DNA of 64,000 nucleotides from Candidatus Eiseniibacteriota bacterium. GTDB lineage: Bacteria; Eisenbacteria; RBG-16-71-46. Location of the stretch: contig OY970342.1 in the NCBI GenBank assembly GCA_963717505.1, positions 1,248,001 to 1,312,000 of the forward strand. Reading direction: 5' to 3'. This document shows positions 40,286-49,685 of this stretch, in pieces. Under the pieces are notes generated by a model. That model saw only the letters and a list, made by a program, of their open reading frames with translations, had not been told where the DNA came from and made no database searches. The position numbers and the translations under genes were made by a program. Numbering within the stretch: the stretch's first letter is position 1; each line of letters opens with the position of its first letter.

Positions 40286-40726
40286 ATGATCAAGCGCACA
40301 GGATCAGCAGTCTGGAACGGCGGTCTGAAGGACGGCAACGGCTCACTCACCACTGGTAGCAAGACACTCAACCAGACCCCGTACTCGTTCACCTCCCGCT
40401 TCGAGAGTGGTCAGGGCACCAACCCCGAGGAGCTGGTCGCGGCGGCGCACGCCGGATGTTTCTCGATGGCGTTGTCGGTCAAGCTGGCCGAAGCGGGAAT
40501 GAAGCCCGAACGGATCGAGACCACCGCCACCGCGACGCTCGACAAGACCGACGCCGGCATGACGGTGACCGCGATTCACCTGGACCTGATCGCCGACGTT
40601 CCCAACGCGGACCCGGCCAAGTTCGAGGCCGCGGCACGATTGACCAAGGACACCTGCATCATCTCGCGCCTGCTGAACACCAAGATCACGCTCGAGGCCA
40701 AACTGCGGAGCAGCTCGCGGGCGTAG
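40286..40726 (+). CDS. osmC: OsmC family peroxiredoxin
   Basis: GGAGG RBS; GTNPEELVAAAHAGCFSMAL and TCIISRLL. Confidence 0.93.
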   Translation: MIKRTGSAVWNGGLKDGNGSLTTGSKTLNQTPYSFTSRFESGQGTNPEELVAAAHAGCFSMALSVKLAEAGMKPERIETTATATLDKTDAGMTVTAIHLDLIADVPNADPAKFEAAARLTKDTCIISRLLNTKITLEAKLRSSSRA

Positions 40727-40829
40727 TCACGGTCTGGGAGGTAGGGCCTTCGAGCCGCGCCGGGGTCGGTTTGGCCCGCGCTCGTGGCAGCTTCTTGCAG
40801 GCGGCGGTCGCTTCGGCTTAGATATTCGA

Positions 40830-41098
40830 GGTGTTCATCCGCGGCGCTCCTTCGGGAGTAGGCGCGGCGGAATCTCGCGGTCTGGGCGGCCGGGAGATCC
40901 GGGCGGGTTGGGACCCGCCGAGCGTGGCACGCCCGAACAGGAGGTGATCCCTTGGGTAGTTCCAGCGGCTTGATCGAGGTGGCGGCCCCGTAGGGGTAGA
41001 CCTCGAAGCGCGTGGCGCTCACGCGGGACACCCCGTTCCGGGGAACCCAACGCCACCAGATCATCGCAAAGGCCCCGGCGTGCAAACGCCGGGGCCTT
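40830..41098 (+). ncRNA. Putative structured RNA carrying a 13-codon micro-ORF (40952-40993) behind a 12-nt anti-SD-complementary site
   Basis: cUUCGg hairpin 40847-40858, several further stems, AGGAGGTGATCC at 40939-40950, GCAA-capped terminal hairpin. Confidence 0.5.
41069..41098. terminator. Perfect 13-bp hairpin between convergent transcription units
   Basis: AAGGCCCCGGCGT-GCAA-ACGCCGGGGCCTT directly after the phoX stop. Confidence 0.75.
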
Positions 41099-41099
41099 C

Positions 41100-42710
41100 T
41101 CATTGCCGCCGGGTGCCCCAGGGTCCGCGGATCGCGAACGTGATCCCCGGGTTCTGAATGTTCACGAACAGGGTCTCGCCATCCGGCGAGAAGCAGACGC
41201 CGGCCAGCTCGGAGCGGTTGATCGCGTTGCGCGCGAGCACGTAAAGCCCTCCGCGCGGCGTCAGGCCGACCAGGCGGTCGTCGTCGCAGCCGTCTTCCGC
41301 CGCGATCACGTCGCCGTGTGGCGCGTTGCACAGGTTGTCGGGACCATCGAGCAGCGATCGATCATTGGGCTCGACCACCAGCGTCAGCTCGTTCTTGACC
41401 ACGTCGAGCTTCCACACCTGTCCCGCGCGGGCCGGGCCGCCATTGGTGCAGCACAGGAAGACGGCGCGCTTGGTGTCGTCGAAGCTCATGCCCTCGCCGC
41501 GCGCGAACTGCGCGGCCCCCAGCCGATGACCCTGAGCGCGCGTGGAAGTCGGCGCCGTGCGCTCGATCAATTCCTTGCGCTCGACGCCATGCTCGGCCGA
41601 TCCGGCCGCGGCCGGGTTGCGCAACGGATCATCCGGGTCGCGTTCCATGTCCATGTCCGGATCGATGTCGGGAATCCGCACCCAGGCGATCTTGAACGGC
41701 TTGCCGATCGGCACTTGTTCGGCTTCGGGAGTCGGACTGAAGGGCGCGGTCGCGGCGATCGCGCGCGTCTGGCACTCGAGCGCCGAGGGTACTTCGCCCG
41801 ACCAGTTCTGCGTGCGCGCCGAAGGGCGCTCGATGATGCGCAGCGCCTCGAGCACGCCGCCCTTGCCCAGGTCGCCGGCCGCCAGCTCGAGGGGCGCTTT
41901 CATCCCGGCCGAGACGACGTCCGGCCGGAAGCGATAGAGGAGGCCGTCCTCGCGATCCTCGCTCAGGTAGACGTAGCCGGATTTGGGATCAACGCACAGC
42001 GCCTCATGATAGAAGCGCCCCATGGCCACGATCGGCACCGGCTCGACCAGTTCCCGGGCGCGCGCGTCTACCTCGAACACGTAGCCGTGGCGGCGCTCGG
42101 CGAGCGGGGTGCGGTCATGGTTCACCGGATCCGCGGGCCCCGGCAGGTAGGTGCACTCCTCGGCGCTGAGCCAGCTGTCCCACGGGGTGGCGCCGCCAGC
42201 GCAGTTGCGGAACGTGCCGGAAAGGCTCGCGAACGAGTTCACCAGATAGTCGTCCTCGTCAATCCACAACGTCGTCGTCCCGCCGGTGCCGAGCGGGTCG
42301 TAGGGCCGCACGCGACCGGGATCGACGCGCTCGGTCATACCGATGTCGATCTCGTGGTTGCGCACCAGCGCGGTCAGGCCGCGCTGGATGCGAAACGCGG
42401 CCATGCCGTCGTGGAGCGGGGGCACCGGGTCCCCGTTCGTCAGCTTCATGCTGAATCGTTCGTGCTGGGGAGCGCCGTACATCGCGGTCGAGAACGCGCG
42501 ATACGAGAACCCGGCGGGCAGATCGAGCAATTGCTTGGGATCGGGGACCAGCGGACCGTAGCCGCGCACTGCCTGCGTGGCGCCATGGGCCATGCGCGCC
42601 AGGACGACATCGAGGCTCGCCGGCGCCAGCGCCGCCGCACCCGCCGCGGCCGAGAGTCCGAGGAACCGGCGCCGGTCGAGCCGCCGGCGCCGCGACCGCT
42701 CGGGGCTCAC
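41100..42710 (-). CDS. phoX: PhoX-family (DUF839) alkaline phosphatase with Tat signal
   Basis: DRRRFLGLSAAAG twin-Arg signal; HDGMA, RNHE, NCAGGATPW, GRFYHEA, GPDN, ELAGVCFSPDG. Confidence 0.88.
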   Translation of the reverse strand: MSPERSRRRRLDRRRFLGLSAAAGAAALAPASLDVVLARMAHGATQAVRGYGPLVPDPKQLLDLPAGFSYRAFSTAMYGAPQHERFSMKLTNGDPVPPLHDGMAAFRIQRGLTALVRNHEIDIGMTERVDPGRVRPYDPLGTGGTTTLWIDEDDYLVNSFASLSGTFRNCAGGATPWDSWLSAEECTYLPGPADPVNHDRTPLAERRHGYVFEVDARARELVEPVPIVAMGRFYHEALCVDPKSGYVYLSEDREDGLLYRFRPDVVSAGMKAPLELAAGDLGKGGVLEALRIIERPSARTQNWSGEVPSALECQTRAIAATAPFSPTPEAEQVPIGKPFKIAWVRIPDIDPDMDMERDPDDPLRNPAAAGSAEHGVERKELIERTAPTSTRAQGHRLGAAQFARGEGMSFDDTKRAVFLCCTNGGPARAGQVWKLDVVKNELTLVVEPNDRSLLDGPDNLCNAPHGDVIAAEDGCDDDRLVGLTPRGGLYVLARNAINRSELAGVCFSPDGETLFVNIQNPGITFAIRGPWGTRRQ

Positions 42711-43711
42711 CGCCAGCGCAGGGACGGTGACAGGTCGTCGCCGGTGCTCGATTGCTCGAAGCCCTGGCCGACGACCGCAGTCGTCCGGTTGTAGTTCCAC
42801 ACGTCGAGCTTGCCGACGCCGTCGGAGCGCGCGGACTGATACGAGATCACGTCGCCATTCAGGCTGATGCTCGGCCGGCGATCTTCGGCATCGGTGCTGG
42901 GCAGATCGAGGCGGGTGAGCGACGAGTCCGAGAAATCGAACAGGTAGAGATCGAGATCTCCCTCGCCACCCGCGCGATCCGAGGCGAAGCACAGGAATCG
43001 CCCGTTGCCCGACAGCGACGGGTCGAGGTCGCGATCCGGAGAGATCAGGTCGGGCAGGTCGAGCAGCCCGAGACCCCGCCGCCAGACCAGCACGTCGGGG
43101 TTGCCATTGCGATCGGAGACAAACGCGATGGTGGTCGCGTCGTGACTGGGCGTGGGCGACATGTCGTTGAAGGCGGCCGTGGTGTCGAGCCCGGGCAGGG
43201 CCAACAGCGTGTCAGGTACGCCGTCCATCAACCGGATCCGCCGGAAGCCGCCGACCTGTTGGACGAAGGCCAGCTTGAGCAGGTCGCCGGAGAACTCGGG
43301 CTCGGTTTCGTCGTTCGCGGTGTTGACCCCGGGCAGCGCGACCAGTCCTGGAGGATTTGGTGCGCGATCGTAGAGCAGGATGTCGATGCCGGTTCCCCCG
43401 CCTCGAGCGCTCTCGAATGCGATCAGCCGCCCATTGCTCGAGATCGTCGGATTCAGGTCGGGGGCCGTGACGCTGTTCAGGTTGGGCACCGAGCGAAATC
43501 CGAGCTGATCCAGGTCGTACAGGTAGATGTCGAACTGACCCGGAATCTGGTTGCGGTCGCTCGAATAGACGACCAGGTGCTCGCCGCTCGAGTCTCCACC
43601 CGACGATGAAGTCGTGGCGTCGCACCCCGCGAGGGCAATCAAGGCGCACGCCAGCAGCCAGCCCGGCCGGGCGTTCTCCTGGGTCCCTGGCAAGCTCAGC
43701 CCTCCAGTCAT
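42707..43711 (-). CDS. TolB-like (PD40) beta-propeller lipoprotein
   Basis: LAGC lipobox; repeated P-s-xS-xdG-xx-iaF-xSdR units. Confidence 0.85.
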   Translation of the reverse strand: MTGGLSLPGTQENARPGWLLACALIALAGCDATTSSSGGDSSGEHLVVYSSDRNQIPGQFDIYLYDLDQLGFRSVPNLNSVTAPDLNPTISSNGRLIAFESARGGGTGIDILLYDRAPNPPGLVALPGVNTANDETEPEFSGDLLKLAFVQQVGGFRRIRLMDGVPDTLLALPGLDTTAAFNDMSPTPSHDATTIAFVSDRNGNPDVLVWRRGLGLLDLPDLISPDRDLDPSLSGNGRFLCFASDRAGGEGDLDLYLFDFSDSSLTRLDLPSTDAEDRRPSISLNGDVISYQSARSDGVGKLDVWNYNRTTAVVGQGFEQSSTGDDLSPSLRWR

Positions 43712-43845
43712 CGCGGCGGGGTTCGGTCCTAGGTAGTTCTACGTATGGCCGGGGAAGGAAGAGGACCCTAGCAGACGCTCGCGGCTGTCGCTATTCTTGT
43801 CCCGGAAACATCCGCCATTTCCCAACACGGAGGTAAGAGTCCCCC

Positions 43846-46497
43846 ATGAACCCGACTGCTCGGGCCTTGCTCGCACTTGGCCTGCTCGGGGCCGCGATCA
43901 CCAATTCGTCCGCTGCGTCCGTGCCGTCCGTGCCCGGACGCAATCTCGAACTCAAGGCGCAATTCAACGACTTTCCCAATCCGGGGGGGCCTTACGGCGG
44001 CACCGGATACGCGTCGTGCTGGGGTTACATGCACGGCGATGGCCGCGAGTACGCGATCATCGGCTGCAACCAAGGCACGGCGATCTACAACGTCACCAAC
44101 CCCGACAACGCCTATTTCGTGGCCATGATTCCGGGACCGCCGTCGCTGTGGCGGGAGATGAAGTCGTACCGCAACTGGATCTACTCGGTGACCGAAGGGG
44201 CCGGCGGCACCATGCAGCCGCTGCCCGGGGTACAGATCATCCGCATGACCGATCCCGAACACCCGGTGTTGGTCGGCACGTTCTCCACAGGATTCAGCCG
44301 GTCGCACACGGTGTCGGTCGACACCACCCGTGCGCTCCTCTACTGCAGCGGCACCCATGCCTCGAACGGCAACAACACCGCGCTGCGCATCCTCTCGCTG
44401 GCCAATCCCGAGGCTCCGACGCTGGTCACCTCATGGCCGGGCGTCAACACCAACAACACGTTCTACGTGCACGACTGTGTGCCGGTCGGAACCCGGCTCT
44501 ACGCCTCGTCGATCTACGTCGGCGTCCAGCGCGTGCTCGACGTCACGAACCCGGCCGCACCCGTCGAGTTGGCGTCGTGGACCTATCCCGGGGCGTATCT
44601 GACCCACAACGCGTGGCCGGACGCCACCGGCAGCTATATCTACGTCACCGACGAACAGAACGGGCAGCCGCTGCGCGTGTTCAACATCAGCAACCTGGCG
44701 TCGCCGACCCTGGTCGGTGAATGGACGCCGAACCCGCAGGCGATCGTCCACAACGCGCACGTGAACGGCAACGAGCTGTGGCTCGCCAACTACACCGAAG
44801 GCATTCGCGTGCTCGACATCACCGATCCGGCGCACCCTGCCGAGTACGGCTGGAGCGACACCTACGCCGGCCCCTCCGGCGGCTATTCCGGTGTGTGGGG
44901 CGTCTATCCCTACTTCCCGTCGGGCACCGTGATCGCCAGCGACATGCAGACCGGACTCTACGTGTACCGGCCGCAGCGCAACTACGGACGCGTGCGGGTC
45001 GAGATCACCGAAACCCACCCGTCGCGCTACGGCGGCTCGCATGGCAACCACGTCATGGGCGTCGATGGCGCCACCGTCTACCTGACCAGCCAGGGTGACT
45101 CGATCCGGACCACCGCCGAGGGCGTGGCCCAGTTCGCGCCCAACGTGGGCAGCCACACGGTGCTCGTCAAGAAATTCGGCTACTTCGACGCCAGCGCGAT
45201 CGTCGAGGTCGCGCAGGGCAGCTCGCAGACCGTGGTGCTCAACCTGATTCCGCGCTCCGCGGCCAATCTGTCGGGCGTGATCCGCAACGACGTGAACAGC
45301 GCGCCGCTGGAGGGAGCGGAAGTGAACCTGCGCTGGACGCCGATCCACCAGCACACCAATCCCGCCGGCCAGTACACGCTCCTCAGCGTTCCCGACGACG
45401 AATACCGCCTCGACGTGCGGCGTCCCGGGTTCATCCCCGGATCGTTCGTGCGCCGCATCGGGCCCGGGTTCGACGGCACGCAGAACTTCGAACTGACACC
45501 TGCCGCAGTCTGGGACCCGCTCAACACCGGAGCGGGCTGGACGGTCGGGGCTGCCGGCGATGAGGCGACTTCCGGTCAGTGGGTTCGAGTCGAACCGTTC
45601 GGCACCGGTGTCAGCGCGCCGATGCCCTATGACACGACCAACGGGACTGCGATCGGTTGGTCGCACGCGTCCCGTGCCGCGTCGGCCGCGTTGCGCGGAG
45701 TGAGCAAGCCCGGCCCAGGCCTGCTCCATGAAGGCCACGAGGCCGAAGGCGCAACCCCCGGCCAGGTGCAGCCGGAGACCGACCGCAGCCCCGATCCCGA
45801 CAGCCTGTGCTTCGTGACCGGAGATCAGCCGGGCAACACCGCGATCGACGCGGCCGATCTCGACGCGGGCAGGACGACACTGACGTCGCCCGCGTACAAC
45901 ACGATCAACATGTCGATCCCGACGATCGGTGTCTGGGTCTGGTTCTACAGCCAGTTCCGCGCCGACGATGATTGGCTCGAGATCTCGATCAGCGGCGACA
46001 ACGGTGTGAGCTGGGTGCCGGTGGAAACGCTGCGCGGCATCCACAACCACTGGGAAGAGGTCGCGATTCCGGTGGCGAACTACGTCACGCCGACTTCCCA
46101 GGTGCGCGTGCGCTTCGTCGCCGCCGACCTCGGCGCCGGCTCGGTGGTCGAGGCCGCGATCGACGACATCTCGATCTACGACGCCGCGACCGGCTCGCTC
46201 GGAGTTCCGGGTGAAGGCGAACGCGGACTGGAGTTTCGCGCGCCGTGGCCCAACCCGGCGACGGATGCCGTGCATCTCTCGCTCGGGCTGCCCGGGCGTG
46301 GGCAGGCCGACGTCGAGATCGTCGATGTGACGGGACGTCGCGTGCGGTCGCTGTTCCAGGGCTCGGCGACCGGAGTTCTCGCTCTGCGCTGGGATGGCAC
46401 CGACGATGCCGGGAGCCCGATGCCAGCCGGGGTCTACTTCGCGCGAGCGCGCACCGAGTTCGGTAGCGCGGTCGTCCGGTTCGCGCGCGTGCGCTAG
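43846..46497 (+). CDS. Choice-of-anchor B (LVIVD-repeat) secreted protein with carboxypeptidase-regulatory-like and FlgD-Ig C-terminal domains
   Basis: WGYMHGDGREYA, YVHD, THNAW, VHNAH, VWGVYPYFPSG; tail PWPNP...DVTGRRV...GVYFAR. Confidence 0.85.
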   Translation: MNPTARALLALGLLGAAITNSSAASVPSVPGRNLELKAQFNDFPNPGGPYGGTGYASCWGYMHGDGREYAIIGCNQGTAIYNVTNPDNAYFVAMIPGPPSLWREMKSYRNWIYSVTEGAGGTMQPLPGVQIIRMTDPEHPVLVGTFSTGFSRSHTVSVDTTRALLYCSGTHASNGNNTALRILSLANPEAPTLVTSWPGVNTNNTFYVHDCVPVGTRLYASSIYVGVQRVLDVTNPAAPVELASWTYPGAYLTHNAWPDATGSYIYVTDEQNGQPLRVFNISNLASPTLVGEWTPNPQAIVHNAHVNGNELWLANYTEGIRVLDITDPAHPAEYGWSDTYAGPSGGYSGVWGVYPYFPSGTVIASDMQTGLYVYRPQRNYGRVRVEITETHPSRYGGSHGNHVMGVDGATVYLTSQGDSIRTTAEGVAQFAPNVGSHTVLVKKFGYFDASAIVEVAQGSSQTVVLNLIPRSAANLSGVIRNDVNSAPLEGAEVNLRWTPIHQHTNPAGQYTLLSVPDDEYRLDVRRPGFIPGSFVRRIGPGFDGTQNFELTPAAVWDPLNTGAGWTVGAAGDEATSGQWVRVEPFGTGVSAPMPYDTTNGTAIGWSHASRAASAALRGVSKPGPGLLHEGHEAEGATPGQVQPETDRSPDPDSLCFVTGDQPGNTAIDAADLDAGRTTLTSPAYNTINMSIPTIGVWVWFYSQFRADDDWLEISISGDNGVSWVPVETLRGIHNHWEEVAIPVANYVTPTSQVRVRFVAADLGAGSVVEAAIDDISIYDAATGSLGVPGEGERGLEFRAPWPNPATDAVHLSLGLPGRGQADVEIVDVTGRRVRSLFQGSATGVLALRWDGTDDAGSPMPAGVYFARARTEFGSAVVRFARVR

Positions 46498-46524
46498 AAC
46501 GGACGAAACAAACGAGGTAGCGCC

Positions 46525-47535
46525 TCAGGGGCGTGGCGCCTGAGCCGTCTTGATTGCGGCTGCCAGCGTGGCGACCCGCGCCTGCAATGCGGCGTCCTGC
46601 GTGCGCACCGACTGGTACCCGAGCACCATGAGCGCATTGCGCCAAAGCTCGGCCTGGTCGGCGGTGAGCGCCCGTTTGGGCGGCGCCGGCAGGTTCTTCG
46701 CGAGCCAATCCGATCCGCGCCGGGTGGCGTCTTCGAGGGTCGGCATCGGGAAGAACGTGACCAGCTCCAGCAGGCCGACCATGGCACGCGCATGTTCGGC
46801 AACCGCCTGCCGCCCGGCGACGAACGCTCCGTCGGGCTTCTGCGCGCCGAGCGCTTCGACCATGGCGCGCTGCCCGAGTGCCGCGAAACGCGGCTCGTGA
46901 AAGGTGCCGTCTGCGAGTAGGAAGACCATGGCGTCGATCATCAGCAAGTCGGGTCGCGCCGCGTGGAGGCCGAGCAACTCGTCGCCGGCGCCGACCACCC
47001 AGTCCACCGAACGCCGGAGTTTGGGCAGCAGCAACGCCACCCGCCAGCGGAATCGCTGCTGGAGCGGACTGTTGGTGACCACGATCTCGGCGCGGCAGAG
47101 TTGCCCGATCCACCACGCGTTGCGCGTCAGATGCTCGGAGCGATCGGCGCTCACCGGCTCGAAGTCGCCGGCCGGCCGCTGGTAGGGCATCGCGGCCTCG
47201 ATCACGTTCCACGCCCGCTCGGCCGCCGCGGAGTCCGCCCGCACGCAAGCGTCCATGAACGCGATCAGCCCTGGAGCTTGCTGGTCGACGTGAACCCACG
47301 CGCCGCTCCGGTTGGGAGCGACGTGACCGCCGGTGTCGGGCGCCACCGCGGCGCACGCAATCACTCCGGGGGGCAGCTTCTTGAGCAGCACGACTTCGGC
47401 CCCCGAGACGATGTGCGCCGCAGCCGAGCCCGAGATCAACGCCAGAAGAAGGAGGGCCGAGCACGCCGCGCGGCAAACGCGCGCCGACCCGCCTGGCGCT
47501 GAAGGGAAGCGTGGGTCGACCGATGGGCGAGGCAT
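46525..47535 (-). CDS. Hypothetical secreted helical protein
   Basis: Signal-like LLLLALISGSAAA; start coupled to the HMA gene stop (TGATG). Confidence 0.65.
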   Translation of the reverse strand: MPRPSVDPRFPSAPGGSARVCRAACSALLLLALISGSAAAHIVSGAEVVLLKKLPPGVIACAAVAPDTGGHVAPNRSGAWVHVDQQAPGLIAFMDACVRADSAAAERAWNVIEAAMPYQRPAGDFEPVSADRSEHLTRNAWWIGQLCRAEIVVTNSPLQQRFRWRVALLLPKLRRSVDWVVGAGDELLGLHAARPDLLMIDAMVFLLADGTFHEPRFAALGQRAMVEALGAQKPDGAFVAGRQAVAEHARAMVGLLELVTFFPMPTLEDATRRGSDWLAKNLPAPPKRALTADQAELWRNALMVLGYQSVRTQDAALQARVATLAAAIKTAQAPRP

Positions 47536-47894
47536 CAATGCCGGACCAGGCCCAGATATCCTGGTCCAGCGCGGCGCACGGCGCCGGTCAGCGCGCTGTC
47601 GGCGACCGATCCATCCGCGACGACGATGGCGACTCGATCGTCGAGTTTGACGCTCGCCGAATGCACTCCTGCGACACGAGCCAGCGACGCTTGAACCTTG
47701 TCGGCACAGTCCTGGCAGATCATGCCGCCGACCTCGAGGGTCACCGACCGCTCGACTCCGGGTCCGGGGGCGACCAGCGTCGATTCGTTGGCCACGCGTG
47801 CTGCCGCCATCGGGTCCACGCGGTCGGTTTGGCCGCATGAGGCCACGCCAACGATCGTGGCGCCTACGAAGAACACCGTCGTAATGTGTCTCAT
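47535..47894 (-). CDS. Heavy-metal-associated (HMA) domain protein, probable lipoprotein
   Basis: VASC lipobox; GMICQDC metal-binding motif. Confidence 0.85.
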   Translation of the reverse strand: MRHITTVFFVGATIVGVASCGQTDRVDPMAAARVANESTLVAPGPGVERSVTLEVGGMICQDCADKVQASLARVAGVHSASVKLDDRVAIVVADGSVADSALTGAVRRAGPGYLGLVRH

Positions 47895-47956
47895 GCCACT
47901 ATCATCGGCGCTTGGTCCAACGGGTTCCAATCGGGTGTCGCGCGATCGCAGGCCCC

Positions 47957-47997
47957 TTGACAGTGAGCCGAACCTAATGGTAGTTAGTCCGCACTAA
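47957..47997 (+). promoter_or_regulatory. Sigma-70-like promoter overlapped by two DtxR/MntR-like boxes
   Basis: TTGACA 47957-47962; TGAG-N6-CTAA 47964-47977 and TTAG-N6-CTAA 47984-47997. Confidence 0.55.
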
Positions 47998-48215
47998 TGC
48001 GCGCCACAACGAACCACGAAACCTCGACGGATTCGCATTCGTCGACCCCAGCGGGAGACGGGAAACCGTTCGGTACGGCCCCCGGCCATTCGGTCATTCG
48101 CTCGAGTTGGATTCGCCGCCTGGGTGTTGCCGGATTCCTGTTCTTCCTGATCAAGGGCCTTCTGTGGCTCGCGGCCCCCGGTCTGCTCCTGCTCTGGGGA
48201 CAACTTGGCCGCTGA
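47997..48215 (+). CDS. Small membrane protein
   Basis: RRLGVAGFLFFLIKGLLWL segment; overlaps the heme oxygenase start. Confidence 0.65.
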   Translation: MRATTNHETSTDSHSSTPAGDGKPFGTAPGHSVIRSSWIRRLGVAGFLFFLIKGLLWLAAPGLLLLWGQLGR

Positions 48216-48876
48216 CCGACCCGACGGCGCGCCAGGCGTGGCCGGCATCATGGATCGGCTGCGGGAGGCCACTGCCGATCTCCACGCGAAAGCCGAAGGT
48301 CATCCGTTCCAGACTTCGCTGGTGCGCGGCACCGTCGCCACCGAGGAATACGCGCGCTGGCTCGGACAGATGTTGCTGATCCACACCGCGCTCGAGGGAC
48401 GGCTCGCGGAGTTGCGGACCCAAAGGTCCGAGCTTGGCCCGATGATTCGCGACGATCTGTTCCAGGCCGATCGGCTGCGCGCCGACCTGCGGCATCATGG
48501 CATCGATCCCGAGTCGCTGCGGCCGCTGCCCGCGACTGTCGACTTCGTGGCATGGATCGACCGAACCGCGAGCGAACGACCGCTGGCGCTGCTCGGCGCA
48601 AACTATGTGCTCGAAGGCAGCAAGAACGGGAACCGATTCATCGCCAAGGCGCTGATGCGCCGTGGCGGAGAGGTGCCGTCGTCGAATGCCGGATTCCGAT
48701 ACCTCGATCCGCACGGCGAAGCTCAGCGGCCGATGTGGCAGGAGTACCGGCAGACGATGAACGCGATGCCGATCGACCCAGCCGACGCCGACGCGATGGA
48801 GGACGCCGCACGACGCACCTTCGCGGCGATCACGCGCTTGTCGGACGATCTGGTGGGCAGCGCAACGACAGGTTGA
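48205..48876 (+). CDS. Biliverdin-producing heme oxygenase family protein
   Basis: RLREATADLHAKAE proximal His; YVLEGSKNGNRFI distal helix. Confidence 0.88.
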   Translation: MAADRPDGAPGVAGIMDRLREATADLHAKAEGHPFQTSLVRGTVATEEYARWLGQMLLIHTALEGRLAELRTQRSELGPMIRDDLFQADRLRADLRHHGIDPESLRPLPATVDFVAWIDRTASERPLALLGANYVLEGSKNGNRFIAKALMRRGGEVPSSNAGFRYLDPHGEAQRPMWQEYRQTMNAMPIDPADADAMEDAARRTFAAITRLSDDLVGSATTG

Positions 48877-48945
48877 CCACCCCCTCGCGGAGGGGGATAC
48901 TTCCCTCGCCGAACCGCCTCTCGGCACGTATCTCCTGAGGATTCC

Positions 48946-49368
48946 GTGATCCTGCGTTCCCTCGTTCGCTTCCTGCGGACGCGAGGCGGCATTGCTGTTC
49001 AAGCGCTGGCCTTTGTCATTGCCCTCGCGGGGCAGTTCGGCTCGCATGCGCACCTTGCCCTAATCCCCCACGCGGTCTGCTCCGAGCACGGTGACCTCAC
49101 CGATTCCGAAACCGATCATGGCCATTCCGGGGGCCAAACCGCCGAGTCGGGCCAGTGGATCGGGGTCTCGCCCGATGGAGATTCGCATGCCGCGCACCAC
49201 TGCATGGTGGTGTTGTCCCGCCGGATCGAAGTCATCCTCGATACCAGCCCCAGGTTCGAGCACTCGCTGTCGCCCGGCGACCACGCCATCCCCGACGCGC
49301 CGGTGGCGTGTCACTCCTCGATCGCCATCCTGAGACTCGCCCCGAAACACTCTCCTCCCACCGCCTGA
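48946..49368 (+). CDS. DUF2946-like His/Cys-rich small protein
   Basis: HAHL..HAVCSEHG, HAAHHC, C-terminal LAPKHSPP. Confidence 0.6.
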   Translation: MILRSLVRFLRTRGGIAVQALAFVIALAGQFGSHAHLALIPHAVCSEHGDLTDSETDHGHSGGQTAESGQWIGVSPDGDSHAAHHCMVVLSRRIEVILDTSPRFEHSLSPGDHAIPDAPVACHSSIAILRLAPKHSPPTA

Positions 49369-49685
49369 TCGCGCTCGCACGAGCGCGTCCCTCGGCGATC
49401 CGCCGAGGCTGCGCGTCCCAGCACCACTAGATCTCTTTGCACCCGATGAACCGACCGCGCGCCACGGGCATGGCTCGCGTTCGACCCGCGTTTTGGTGAT
49501 GCCGTGATCCGAGGGACGGACGAGGCGAGGCGGCCTCGGCGTCCCGCCCCGGTCCGGGGTTCGGGGGTAGTTATGGGCAGAAGGGACCCCGACCTCGGCC
49601 GGGCGGATTGCGGCTTCGGCGCAGGCCGTATTCCAAGCAGTGGCAGGCGGATGTTTCGGGGCACGCGGACCCTGGTTTCAGCTGA

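Noticed and set aside
37827-40289. Very long antisense or alternate-frame ORFs (e.g. 37827..40289, 5661..7367, 41103..42794, 44431..46275, 51291..53258)
   Set aside because: Shadow ORFs expected from high GC3; they overlap genes with clear family motifs and lack motifs of their own
25048-40800. Further sigma-54-like sites near 25048, 28650, 33118 and 40785
   Set aside because: GG-to-GC spacing is 9 or 11 nt rather than the required 10
40939-40950. 16S rRNA 3'-end fragment on the minus strand
   Set aside because: Similarity stops after 12 nt and the adjacent rRNA helix sequence is absent; treated as an extended SD instead
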